From IMG/VR virus record IMGVR_UViG_3300032288_003197, positions 1 through 64,000 of that record: DNA of 64,000 nucleotides, one strand, 5' to 3'. The notes beneath the pieces were generated by a model. That model searched no databases, was not told the origin of the DNA, and was given only the letters and a program-made list of their open reading frames with translations. The stretch is from a virus. The first letter of the stretch is position 1. Each line of letters begins with the position of its first letter. The translations under genes and the position numbers were made by a program. Of the stretch, positions 6,478 to 15,134 are shown in pieces.

Positions 6478-6545
6478 ATTTTTAAAGAACGTTGTCGGTT
6501 TCCCAACACAGCCTCTAGTATAACACTCTAGGCTTTTTGTGTCTA
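6478..6545 (-). promoter_or_regulatory. sigma70 promoter followed by rrn-like boxB-boxA
   Basis: TAGACA-17nt-TATACT; then TGTTGG-GAAA-CCGACA hairpin and CGTTCTTTAAAAAT. Confidence 0.65.
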
Positions 6546-6551
6546 CCACAT

Positions 6552-6618
6552 AAAGAAAAACCCTGCTAGTTGCAGGGCCTTTGTTGATGTAGTAATTTTT
6601 ACTTACTGACAAAGACCC
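6552..6618 (-). terminator. attenuator 2: terminator/antiterminator
   Basis: Terminator CCCTGC-AACTA-GCAGGG+TTTTTCTTT; antiterminator GGGTCTTTGT(6618-6609)/ACAAAGGCCC(6584-6575) overlaps its 5' arm. Confidence 0.78.
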
Positions 6619-6680
6619 AACAGAACACCCTGCTCATAATCTGAGCCCTGTATAGGATTGAATGCGATTGTTGTCATCAT
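6603..6680 (-). CDS. leader peptide 2 (25 aa) MMTTIAFNPIQGSDYEQGVLLGLCQ
   Basis: Manual translation; ATG 7 nt after the -10 box (leaderless); last codons overlap the antiterminator 5' strand. Confidence 0.68.
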   Translation of the reverse strand: MMTTIAFNPIQGSDYEQGVLLGLCQ

Positions 6681-6686
6681 GGTGTA

Positions 6687-6715
6687 ATTGTATATGATTA
6701 TTTATACTGTGTCAA
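6687..6715 (-). promoter_or_regulatory. composite sigma70 + late promoter for leader 2
   Basis: TTGACA-17nt-TACAAT with TATAAATA (6706-6699) inside the spacer. Confidence 0.75.
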
Positions 6716-6767
6716 GCGAAAGACTTCAAATTTGGACAAATAGATCGATTGCACAGCACGATCAAGC

Positions 6768-7490
6768 TCACAGAGCCCGAACCCACTCGGTGGGTCGCAA
6801 CCATGTGCTGTAGATATGATCTGCTGTGGCTTGATGTTGTGCCAAGTGTGGTTCTATGCCGGCCACTATGGCTGCACTGTCTTGTACAGATTCGTACAGC
6901 TCTCGTGCTTGGGCCCACTTGGGGTCTTCGTCTGCTGCCCAGGCCTGTGCTTTTTCTGCGTCCATTTCGATGTGAAACTGCATGGCTAGATGTGGACCCA
7001 TGCTCCAGGCTTGGTTAGGACAAGCACTGGATCCAGCCAAGCGTGTGGCGCCCCGAGGCACCGTGAATGCGTCATAGTGCCATTGAATCACTGTGGGTGT
7101 GGGTGCAGGACCAAACCATTTTTCAACTTCGGCATGGGTTTCATATTGTATAGACTGCCAACCAATCTCGGGCCGGGGCGAAGTGCCCACAGTTGCTCCT
7201 AGTGCTCGACTCATGAGTTGTCCGCCAAGACAGTGTCCAATCACTGGAACATCCCGAAGCACAGCCTGCAAGATCAATATTTCAGCCTGACGATTACTCA
7301 GCAAGTCATCATTGGCACTCATGCCACCGCCCATGACAGCCAAGGCTGCATAGGGTTCAATGCTGGCAGGGAATGGTTGTCCTAGCCCAGCGTTGTGAAC
7401 TTCAAACTTGATCTCGTGTTGGGTCAACCATGTCACAAGGTAAGCCGCCCACTCCGGGGTTTGATGCTGTAGTATTAGTATGGGTTTCAT
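6768..7490 (-). CDS. class I glutamine amidotransferase
   Basis: GHCLGGQ nucleophile elbow and QFHIE His-Glu. Confidence 0.9.
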   Translation of the reverse strand: MKPILILQHQTPEWAAYLVTWLTQHEIKFEVHNAGLGQPFPASIEPYAALAVMGGGMSANDDLLSNRQAEILILQAVLRDVPVIGHCLGGQLMSRALGATVGTSPRPEIGWQSIQYETHAEVEKWFGPAPTPTVIQWHYDAFTVPRGATRLAGSSACPNQAWSMGPHLAMQFHIEMDAEKAQAWAADEDPKWAQARELYESVQDSAAIVAGIEPHLAQHQATADHIYSTWLRPTEWVRAL

Positions 7491-8074
7491 TACAAGGCCT
7501 GTTGGATTCTATCAAGTATGATTTCTACTACTTGATTGCTGAGTACAACTTCGTAGTGATTTAGTGGTAATTCTATGAGTTCAAAGTCTGTTCTTGATCG
7601 CATGCTTTCTATTGTGACAACACCATCATTGGATTCTTGAATCCAAGGACTGTCGCCACGAGTTGTGACAATATTGGTCCAACGTGGTGGTGCAGGTAAT
7701 TTTTTTGCGTCCAGCATGGGTCCACTCATGGTTCCGATATCTTTCATCAAGCGATTAAAGGGCAAAAAGTATCGTGCAAAGTCTGCTTGAGCACACCCAC
7801 CATACGGAGTGCTGAGTGATATGCCACCGCAGGTTCGATCTTGATAATGATTGGCCAGGTGCAAGGCATAGATACCGCCCAGGCTATGGCTGACAAAAAA
7901 CAGTCTTTCTGCATCATCCAAGGCGCCTTTCATGAGGCCAAGGTTGTGGGCAAACCCATCTGCACTGTTGTATTCAAGTGCGATGTCTGGCAATTCGGTG
8001 TGTTCTCTCACATATTCTCTAATGTGGGTGAAGCTTTCGGCAGTGGCACTGGCACCGTGTATATACACTATCAT
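7490..8074 (-). CDS. alpha/beta hydrolase
   Basis: YIHG, SHSLGG, DGVV, NH catalytic motifs. Confidence 0.88.
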   Translation of the reverse strand: MIVYIHGASATAESFTHIREYVREHTELPDIALEYNSADGFAHNLGLMKGALDDAERLFFVSHSLGGIYALHLANHYQDRTCGGISLSTPYGGCAQADFARYFLPFNRLMKDIGTMSGPMLDAKKLPAPPRWTNIVTTRGDSPWIQESNDGVVTIESMRSRTDFELIELPLNHYEVVLSNQVVEIILDRIQQAL

Positions 8075-8093
8075 CGAAATATTTAGCCAAAGG

Positions 8094-8115
8094 AAAACCC
8101 GCCGAAGCGGGCTCC
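8094..8115 (-). terminator. intrinsic terminator after tmRNA
   Basis: GCCCGC-TTCG-GCGGGT-TTT. Confidence 0.8.
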
Positions 8116-8456
8116 GAGTTTCTGTTACGAGGTATGTCTTACCCTAGGCTGCGTTTAGGCTGCCAATGCGAACTGTTCGTCGTTTGCGTTTACGTTTTTT
8201 GCTTGATTTACGGTCATCGCCTACCGTGCTGTCCACTCCGTTACTCTTGACCCAATCGATCCTGTGTCAGGCCCATCAAAAAGATTCTTCCATCTGTCCA
8301 GTGCTTCGTGATAGCTGATCCAGACACATCCTTCGCAACCTCGGCCACAACAAGTAGTTGGCTCTTGTGGTCTAGGGTAAAAATCTTTTTGGTGGACCTG
8401 GGCGGCACTGCCCCGCCGTCTTGAATCCGTTTCTCTTTGCTTCATACAGCAATAAC
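8115..8456 (-). ncRNA. ssrA: permuted two-piece tmRNA, tag ANDEQFALAA
   Basis: Acceptor piece ends GGTCCACCA (8390); intervening segment 8389-8275; coding piece starts GGGCCTGAC (8274); tag frame 8187-8155; promoter TTGACG-17-TATACT upstream. Confidence 0.92.
8221..8445 (-). CDS. ORF through tmRNA carrying a Cys-rich oxidoreductase-like domain in the intervening segment
   Basis: [29 protein letters not shown] resembles the Oxidored-like N-terminal domain (PxEP..CC..GC..CVW..Y...L..W). Confidence 0.5.
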   Translation of the reverse strand: MKQRETDSRRRGSAAQVHQKDFYPRPQEPTTCCGRGCEGCVWISYHEALDRWKNLFDGPDTGSIGSRVTEWTAR

Positions 8457-8472
8457 TTGCAGTATACTGTTT

Positions 8473-8691
8473 TTAGATATTGTCGTCAACCAGTTCGATC
8501 ACGTAGCCAATGTATTCTTTGGCGCGCTCACCGTCGCCAGCATCAATGGCTCCTTGTGCATCATCCAAGTAACCCATCATCTGACTGCGCAGATCGGCCA
8601 TGCTGCCTTCGCGTCGGTCTGGACGAGGAGCATCCATTGCGTCTGCTTCTTTGATGATGTCAATGTATCGTTTTAAATTGCTCATGGTCAA
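8473..8691 (-). CDS. hypothetical protein, possible internal virion protein
   Basis: TATAAATA late promoter and AGGA RBS; N-terminus LKRYIDIIKE. Confidence 0.7.
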   Translation of the reverse strand: MTMSNLKRYIDIIKEADAMDAPRPDRREGSMADLRSQMMGYLDDAQGAIDAGDGERAKEYIGYVIELVDDNI

Positions 8692-8724
8692 AATCCTTTG
8701 GTGTATTTATAGATAGATCAGTTT

Positions 8725-9378
8725 TTATTTGAGTATTTGTAGATCCTGGTGCTGGGACACGCGGGTAAACTCAATGTTGGGGGGCGTATTCCTACTGATT
8801 TGTATGGCCACACGAACGGACTCGACGTTCTCTACCGCATGCAATATTGCACTGTTGATACACACCCATTTCTCTGCGGGCAAGCAAACTCGATCAATTT
8901 CTTCCAATGTGTCAAAATTCTTTGTGATGAGATTGGGATCAAAAACTGACTTCAAGTCAGGGCGCAAGAGCGGATACCCATGCTGTCTGTACCATGATGT
9001 TTCTACACGACTGCCGCCAGTGTCCAGGATATACATGATAGTGTAGTCCCTACTGATGTCCACGTGCGGGGCAAAGAACGAACTGTGTGCGTCATATACT
9101 GCTACACCACATGGCGCAGGGTCTTGATCAAAATACTGGCGTACCCATGCATCAAACTCTTCGCTGATACTGTACCTATGAGACTTTATTGTCTTGACTT
9201 CCGACCCATCTCGCAGAGTAAAATTTCGATATTCATACTCTGCATAGCCTGGCCGATCAAGCCAATTATTCACCTTGACTTCGTGATTGCCCTTGTTTGT
9301 TTCTAGACTTGCCCAGGCCGCATCCACAATTGTTTGCGGCAAGGGTGGCAAGTCTAAAAATGCATAGGTAAATGTCAC
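8725..9378 (-). CDS. putative 2OG-Fe(II) oxygenase-like protein
   Basis: APHVD...LHAVEN...RVAIQ. Confidence 0.6.
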   Translation of the reverse strand: MTFTYAFLDLPPLPQTIVDAAWASLETNKGNHEVKVNNWLDRPGYAEYEYRNFTLRDGSEVKTIKSHRYSISEEFDAWVRQYFDQDPAPCGVAVYDAHSSFFAPHVDISRDYTIMYILDTGGSRVETSWYRQHGYPLLRPDLKSVFDPNLITKNFDTLEEIDRVCLPAEKWVCINSAILHAVENVESVRVAIQISRNTPPNIEFTRVSQHQDLQILK

Positions 9379-10262
9379 TTTTTGGTTTTTTCTGCTATTT
9401 GTTCAAAGATTCGAATTTCTCTGTTGGCATACTGCGCAGATCTCTGTGGTCCATAATTCAACACAGTAAGACCCAGCAAATCTTTGAAACTGGTATTGGT
9501 GGAATCTTGAACCAGTCGTGACATTTCTGTTACAGCAGTACGATCGGTGTCTTGTCTGGCCCAGACTGCGTACCAATTGTTGGTGTAATTTCCACTGAAT
9601 CCCATTTCACTGGCAGTGGGCACATTTGGCAGCTGAGGCAGTCTCCGCTCTCCAAACACCATGACAGGACGAACTTGTCCGTTGTTGAAAGACGGCCCAA
9701 TTCCGGTGTAAGCCAAAACTCCGTATTCAGTATGACCGGGCAACACATCGTTGACCATTGGTGCCAGCCCTTTGTAAGGAATCAAGTTGAGTCGCGTGGG
9801 CCATTTTAGATCATTGAGCCATATTTCTCCTTGATTGGCAACACCCACATTAATGATGTCTTGATTTCGGATCTGTTGTCTGATCTTGGTATCGCTGCCA
9901 GCGGTGAACATCACATATGGACTTTCGCCGATCAATGACACTGGTACAAATTCTCGATAAGTGTTGGTGCCCAGCATTGCCGGACCCACCACAAATCCAG
10001 CCTCGGCAACGATAAATGTGTGATTGTCGTTGGGCCTATTCAAAACATGTGTGGTAGCAACCGCCAGTGCCGCGCCAGGCATGTATTGAACTTCAACTGG
10101 AACTGAAACTTTACCTTGAAAGTCTTTTTGCATGGCTCTTGCAAATTTATCAATAAGTCCACCAGGCGGATACGGAACAATAAGAGTAATGGACTTAGAC
10201 GGCCATGCCAGTGCAGACACTGAGATTAGCATGGCCGAGATAAAGGTCAACAGTTTTTTCAT
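9375..10262 (-). CDS. Bug/TctC tripartite tricarboxylate transporter substrate-binding protein
   Basis: Signal peptide, WPSKSITLIVPYPPGG, IPYKG, RLPQLPNVPTASEMG. Confidence 0.88.
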   Translation of the reverse strand: MKKLLTFISAMLISVSALAWPSKSITLIVPYPPGGLIDKFARAMQKDFQGKVSVPVEVQYMPGAALAVATTHVLNRPNDNHTFIVAEAGFVVGPAMLGTNTYREFVPVSLIGESPYVMFTAGSDTKIRQQIRNQDIINVGVANQGEIWLNDLKWPTRLNLIPYKGLAPMVNDVLPGHTEYGVLAYTGIGPSFNNGQVRPVMVFGERRLPQLPNVPTASEMGFSGNYTNNWYAVWARQDTDRTAVTEMSRLVQDSTNTSFKDLLGLTVLNYGPQRSAQYANREIRIFEQIAEKTKK

Positions 10263-10352
10263 ATATCCTCTCAAAAAGTAATTGTTGAACAAAAGCACTG
10301 CTAGAGTGCTTTTGTCCGGTGCTGACAACGGGGACGATTCCCGCGTTGCTGT

Positions 10353-11312
10353 TTATTGATGTTGTTGAATGCTTTCGACCAAACCAGGAGTGAATGTATC
10401 GCGGAATTGATCATACACACCGCTCAGTGCAGCCTTGGCAGCTTCGCGTTGTTCTTGTGTCCACTTCACAATGTTGGCACCTTCTTCTGCAACAAGACGC
10501 TGTTCGGCACGAGCACCGTCACGAATGGTTTCGGCACGCTCTTCGCGACCAGCCAGCACAGCAGCTTGTTTGATCACTGCTTGAACTTCGGGACTCAATG
10601 TATCCCAGAACTTGTCGCCAATGATCATTGATGTAAGGAACAAACTGTGACCAGTGTCAATCACTGACTTGGTAACTTCGTTCTGACGCAGTGGATACAC
10701 ACGTGGGTAGTTGGTTTCACCGCCTTCAGCTTCACCGTCAACCACGACCTGACGCAGGTCTTCTACTTCGGCCACAACAGGCTTCATGCCCAGTGCAGAA
10801 ATAGTTGCTTGTGCAACAGGATTACGGTTTGAACGAACTGGTGTTCCTGCAAGCTCTTCCAATGTGCTGACTCGCTTGTTGGAAATCATTTGGCGGAAGC
10901 CACCTGAGTATGTGAAACTCAAGCCACGCACATTTGACTTGTCTGTGAGCTTGGCAAGCAGTGTTTCACCAACTTTGCCCTCTAGTACACGAGTTGCGTG
11001 ATCGTGGTCTTTGAACAAGAATGGGAGATCAAATACCAAAAAGTCCTGCTCGTACTTCTCAGCAAGCCATGTGGTGTACATTTGACTCATTTCAATTTTG
11101 CCCTGTTCCATGAGGTCCAGTAGATCGTGCTTGGTGACCACAACGCCGTTGTTGTAGCGTTGGCTGTACTCGGTAAGAGTCATGATTTCCACTTCGATTT
11201 TGTGCTCGCTTTGTTGCTCGTTTACACGACGCTCAAAGTCTTCAGCAGCACGAAGGAAAAGATTCAAAGGTTCATGGGCAATGACCCAGCGAATTTTGGT
11301 AGTGTTACTCAT
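10353..11312 (-). CDS. DctP-family TRAP substrate-binding protein without signal peptide
   Basis: FDLPFLFKDHDHA, GGFRQM, KFWDTLSPEVQAVI; N-terminus not hydrophobic. Confidence 0.85.
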   Translation of the reverse strand: MSNTTKIRWVIAHEPLNLFLRAAEDFERRVNEQQSEHKIEVEIMTLTEYSQRYNNGVVVTKHDLLDLMEQGKIEMSQMYTTWLAEKYEQDFLVFDLPFLFKDHDHATRVLEGKVGETLLAKLTDKSNVRGLSFTYSGGFRQMISNKRVSTLEELAGTPVRSNRNPVAQATISALGMKPVVAEVEDLRQVVVDGEAEGGETNYPRVYPLRQNEVTKSVIDTGHSLFLTSMIIGDKFWDTLSPEVQAVIKQAAVLAGREERAETIRDGARAEQRLVAEEGANIVKWTQEQREAAKAALSGVYDQFRDTFTPGLVESIQQHQ

Positions 11313-11455
11313 TTTTATATCCAGATTAGGTAGTTTAAATGTGCTTGCGAGGTTGCTCGCTACGGTTGGCGTTCTAGGCATAACATGCTAGTAAAGGAGT
11401 CCATACTCCAGGCGTCTTTGACCCGACGTCGACCACTTGATCGGCGCTGCCATGT

Positions 11456-12355
11456 TTATTTAGTCAGAGACACGCCTTGACTCAAACGTTTCCATAGTGC
11501 CACCTGTGAATCAAACCAAATCTGTGTGGCCGTGGTGTTGAGGTTGCTGGGATCACAGTAGTCCACAGCATAGGCACGCTGCACTGCATCTGTTCGGCCG
11601 GCTTGCAGTACCAAACTTCGCAGTTCTTGGTACTGTGCTTCGGGCATGGATTTTGGCACTTGCAAACTGTGCATGTTAACCACCTCGCCCACTCCAGCAA
11701 AGCCCTGACTTTCCAAGGTGGCAATGCCACGCACTGTTTTCTTGCCTGAAATGCCCAGGGCGTTGAGGTCACCCTTGTCCAAGAATCCTTCAACTTCGCC
11801 CAAGAATGCCACGCTGAGATCAATGTTGCCCGAGATAGCATCAATACTGGCTTCGCGTGTGCCTTTGTAGGGCACCGGGGTGGCGTTGGGATAGCGTTTG
11901 ACAATTTCCATGGCCATGAGGTGTGAAGTGGCGCCAAGGCCAGAAATGCCAATGCTGATCTTTTGATTGCGGTCAATTTCACGCCAACTACGATACTTCT
12001 TGCTCACAATCAACATGGGTGCTGCACACTGAGTCATCAGCGGACGGAAGTCACTGACTCGATGACTCTCATCGGGATAAAAGTTAGGGCGCACAAAAAA
12101 AGCTGTACTCGCGGCCAGCACAGCGTTTGGTGTAGCTGCCACATGTTTGGCACCAATGGTTGCACCGGCACCGGGCTTGTTCTCCAAGATAAAGTTGTAT
12201 TTCTTTTGACCAGCGTTGAGCTCTTCTACCAAGCTGCGACTGTACTGTGCCTGTGTATCGCCCATGCCAAACGGCCAAACAATAGAAATAGTTTGTTGTG
12301 CTTGTGCAGCAAAATATGTCAGAGCCGCTGCTGCAGAAATTAGAAGTTTTTTCAT
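11456..12355 (-). CDS. Bug/TctC-family substrate-binding protein
   Basis: Signal peptide, ENKPGAGATIG, SGLGATSHL, VPYKG. Confidence 0.88.
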   Translation of the reverse strand: MKKLLISAAAALTYFAAQAQQTISIVWPFGMGDTQAQYSRSLVEELNAGQKKYNFILENKPGAGATIGAKHVAATPNAVLAASTAFFVRPNFYPDESHRVSDFRPLMTQCAAPMLIVSKKYRSWREIDRNQKISIGISGLGATSHLMAMEIVKRYPNATPVPYKGTREASIDAISGNIDLSVAFLGEVEGFLDKGDLNALGISGKKTVRGIATLESQGFAGVGEVVNMHSLQVPKSMPEAQYQELRSLVLQAGRTDAVQRAYAVDYCDPSNLNTTATQIWFDSQVALWKRLSQGVSLTK

Positions 12356-13536
12356 TTGAGATTTCCTTGTATGATGTCTGTGTTGACAAAGTCAGCAGGA
12401 CCTAGGTCGTAGAAGGTGTCCATGAACCCCACAAAGCCCACTGGCCGTCCCAACTCATAGGTGAAAAATTTGGGATCAATTTTGTCTACCATGTGTTGCA
12501 CGCCGGCTTTCCATACTTCGTAGAAGCGTGTTTCTGTGAAGTTTTTAAAGAACCACCAACCCATTTCACTGTAGAAGTTGTTGGTACTTTTCATGGTTTG
12601 CCATGTTGTGGGATCGTAGTCCTCATAGATCAGTGGGCGAGCAATTTGCTCGTAGGCATTGCGTTGTGCCGGACTGTGATTGGGCCAGCGCATCAAGAAC
12701 TGCAAGTGCTTGGTGTGTGGCAGTTGGAACCAGTTGCGGATTGTGTGAGCTTGTTTGATGATCAACTCAGGAATGTCTGGTTGCCAGTAAAAGTACTCTG
12801 TGGTCAAGTTGGTATAAGGACCAATTGTGGCCTGGCTATGGTTGGCTTGTATGTCTAAGAAGTACAGGTACCAACGCCCGTCCCGGATACAAATTTTAGG
12901 TTTGTCAATACCGTATAGTATACAAATGCTTTTGCCAGACTCTGCTAATTGTTTGTGCCCATCTAGGCCCAGTGGATCGTGTTTGAATGTGTGCTCGGGG
13001 TGCAAGTAATCTCTTGCACGTTCTACCCACGACTCGTCACCTTTGTAGTCCAGTATGTTTTGACTGAAGTCGTGCATGGTGATCTTTGTATTGGGGTGAC
13101 TAAGAGCCAGCTTTTGCAACACCGGCTTGGCTGCAAAATGCCATTCGCTCAGCGTATTCTCGGCTTTCATGTTCTTGGGATCAGGTCCAAGATTCTTGTC
13201 GCCCTGTGCAGGATAACGAAATACCACTTCGTCTATGTGAAGTCCGTTGTTGATAAAACTATAGAGTACTGTTGTACTGTCACTACCACCTGAGAACTCT
13301 AATCGAATATAATCGTATCGGTCTCGAAGCTGTTGTGCCCGCATGCGATACAGTTCACGCAGACTCAATTGTGGCTCAACTGTGGTGTCTATTCGACTGT
13401 ATACTTCTCTGTTGAAATTAAAATGAGGAAAGTGCCCGGTGGCTGTTGCTTCCAACAAAGCCTGCGGCTTGCTGTAAAATCGTTTGTCGCCTACAGTATA
13501 AAATCCCAGTCTGGGATTTTGTTCTAGTTCAATCAT
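12352..13536 (-). CDS. PP-loop (adenine nucleotide alpha-hydrolase-like) protein
   Basis: FSGGSDS motif; paralog of 48884-50035. Confidence 0.7.
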   Translation of the reverse strand: MIELEQNPRLGFYTVGDKRFYSKPQALLEATATGHFPHFNFNREVYSRIDTTVEPQLSLRELYRMRAQQLRDRYDYIRLEFSGGSDSTTVLYSFINNGLHIDEVVFRYPAQGDKNLGPDPKNMKAENTLSEWHFAAKPVLQKLALSHPNTKITMHDFSQNILDYKGDESWVERARDYLHPEHTFKHDPLGLDGHKQLAESGKSICILYGIDKPKICIRDGRWYLYFLDIQANHSQATIGPYTNLTTEYFYWQPDIPELIIKQAHTIRNWFQLPHTKHLQFLMRWPNHSPAQRNAYEQIARPLIYEDYDPTTWQTMKSTNNFYSEMGWWFFKNFTETRFYEVWKAGVQHMVDKIDPKFFTYELGRPVGFVGFMDTFYDLGPADFVNTDIIQGNLK

Positions 13537-14092
13537 TGTTGTTTTCTTCTAGTACTTTCCAGCCCAACTTCAGTAGATCCTCTCGGATCTCATCAGTCAC
13601 AACACTCTCACCGACAAAGTTTTCTTGATACCACTCATGTTTGGCACGTTCGTCTTCAGTCATTGACTCTAGATCTTCGTCGGTGGGTTTACCGCGAATC
13701 CCGGTGCAATACCAGTCGATGTAGTCGCCCTCTTCGCGCATGTCTGCAACAATGCCCCCAGCATAACGCCATGAGCACGAGTAGGTTTGACCTTTGAGCA
13801 AAGGCCATGTTTCTAGCTTCTGGAAGTCATTGTTGCACATTGCGGCATACAGGTTCTGTGCATACTCTTCACGAGCTTTGGCCTTGTCGCAGATCCATTT
13901 GGTACTGCGCAAATCGTATTCAAGATTGTTTTCTTTCCACTCGGGCTTGGCTTCACGCTCAGCTTGGTGTTGAGCAAAAATGTTATGAAACTCAATCATT
14001 TCCTCAGCATGTTCGGCAGTGGTATTGCCCTCTTCCACACGTCGAAGAAGACTATCTCGTTGAAACTTACCACGCTCAGGACTGGAATTCAT
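13529..14092 (-). CDS. conserved phage hypothetical protein
   Basis: ORF translationally coupled to neighbours; SCSWRYAGGIVADMR, YIDWYC. Confidence 0.75.
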   Translation of the reverse strand: MNSSPERGKFQRDSLLRRVEEGNTTAEHAEEMIEFHNIFAQHQAEREAKPEWKENNLEYDLRSTKWICDKAKAREEYAQNLYAAMCNNDFQKLETWPLLKGQTYSCSWRYAGGIVADMREEGDYIDWYCTGIRGKPTDEDLESMTEDERAKHEWYQENFVGESVVTDEIREDLLKLGWKVLEENNND

Positions 14093-14322
14093 TGTCTCTG
14101 TAAGTTCGCCCATGCCAACCACTGTTTGAAAGCAAGATACACAGCCTCTGCTTCTTGGTCATCTGCAGACACTCGCACACCACGCACATAAAAACCATCT
14201 CGGGTAACCCGGAGCATCTCATCACCACCGGCAATGTGCATGGCAATTGCAGCCTCCTCGTAGGGCGCATAAATTTGAATTGCGCCGTCGCTTAGTCCTG
14301 TTTCCCGCATGTTGTCTGCCAT
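14089..14322 (-). CDS. hypothetical protein
   Basis: AAGGA RBS just after tRNA-Arg. Confidence 0.65.
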   Translation of the reverse strand: MADNMRETGLSDGAIQIYAPYEEAAIAMHIAGGDEMLRVTRDGFYVRGVRVSADDQEAEAVYLAFKQWLAWANLQRQ

Positions 14323-14334
14323 GTATATATCCTT

Positions 14335-14409
14335 TGGTCCGGCCACCAGGAATCGAACCTGGATTGACTGCTTAGAAGGCAGATGTTCTATCCATTGAAC
14401 TATGGCCAG
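14335..14409 (-). tRNA. tRNA-Arg(TCT)
   Basis: Loop CTTCTAA, CCA. Confidence 0.93.
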
Positions 14410-14412
14410 AAT

Positions 14413-14489
14413 TGGTGCGCCCACTAGGACTTGAACCTAGGACCAATGGATTATGAGTCCACTGCTCTGACCAACTGAGCTATAGGCGC
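14413..14489 (-). tRNA. tRNA-Ile2(CAT) (lysidine type) or Met
   Basis: GACTCATAATC-ATTGGTC resembles bacterial ileX; own promoter TTGACG-17-TATAAT at about 14500-14529. Confidence 0.85.
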
Positions 14490-14544
14490 ATTTAAACTTA
14501 TTATAACAGAAAATTTATTTAACCGTCAAGTTCTTTTTGGTATT

Positions 14545-14907
14545 TCATGTCACTAGCGAAACCAGCCAAATGTATGTCAAGGCATGTAGGAATTGATCCA
14601 GGCCCAGCAACCACCAAAATTGATCGTGTGTGCTGGGCGCCCAGCCCATTTTAGCGTTGAGATTAGTTTTGACCCAGTCGATGTGATAGTGAATTACAGC
14701 ATCCGCACAGGCCAACCAGGCCGCAGCCATGGGAGCATACCACGCAAAACAAATCCAGGTACCAATGCCATGCAGGCCTGCATGCAGTAGGCCGCCCGGG
14801 TGCAGGTAGATGCCTTTGTTGCTGTACTGATATCGATGTTGCAGTGGAAAATCTACCACAAAGTGTTTGGCAAACAATGCCAACACCAGCCACAAGGTTG
14901 GATTCAT
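14545..14907 (-). CDS. DUF3307-like membrane protein
   Basis: HFVVDFPLQ, H...H, HYHIDWVK, DQFLH. Confidence 0.8.
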   Translation of the reverse strand: MNPTLWLVLALFAKHFVVDFPLQHRYQYSNKGIYLHPGGLLHAGLHGIGTWICFAWYAPMAAAWLACADAVIHYHIDWVKTNLNAKMGWAPSTHDQFWWLLGLDQFLHALTYIWLVSLVT

Positions 14908-15134
14908 TGCACGGCTTTCATGTCAAAGTCATCCAGGATTTCCATGGCCAGGGCCTGCAAAGTTGACATGGCGTAGTGCTCTTCTTGTCGATACGCCTGG
15001 TCAATTTCTTTTTCAATTTTGTCTAGGATGTGCTTGACAATGGCTTCACCAAACTGTTGTTGTAGAGCAGGATTGATGGTGGGGTAGTGCGAACCACCGG
15101 CCATGAGACTGAAGTTTTTGAACACGTCATTCAT
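14904..15134 (-). CDS. hypothetical protein
   Basis: GGAG RBS; coupled ORF. Confidence 0.65.
   Translation of the reverse strand: MNDVFKNFSLMAGGSHYPTINPALQQQFGEAIVKHILDKIEKEIDQAYRQEEHYAMSTLQALAMEILDDFDMKAVQ

Noticed and set aside
10270-10350. Riboswitch between dctP and the tctC-like gene
   Set aside because: Two simple hairpins, the second terminator-like; no alternative pairing or aptamer resemblance seen
12352-13536. QueC assignment for the PP-loop proteins
   Set aside because: Much longer than QueC, lack the CxxC zinc motif and lie outside the que cluster
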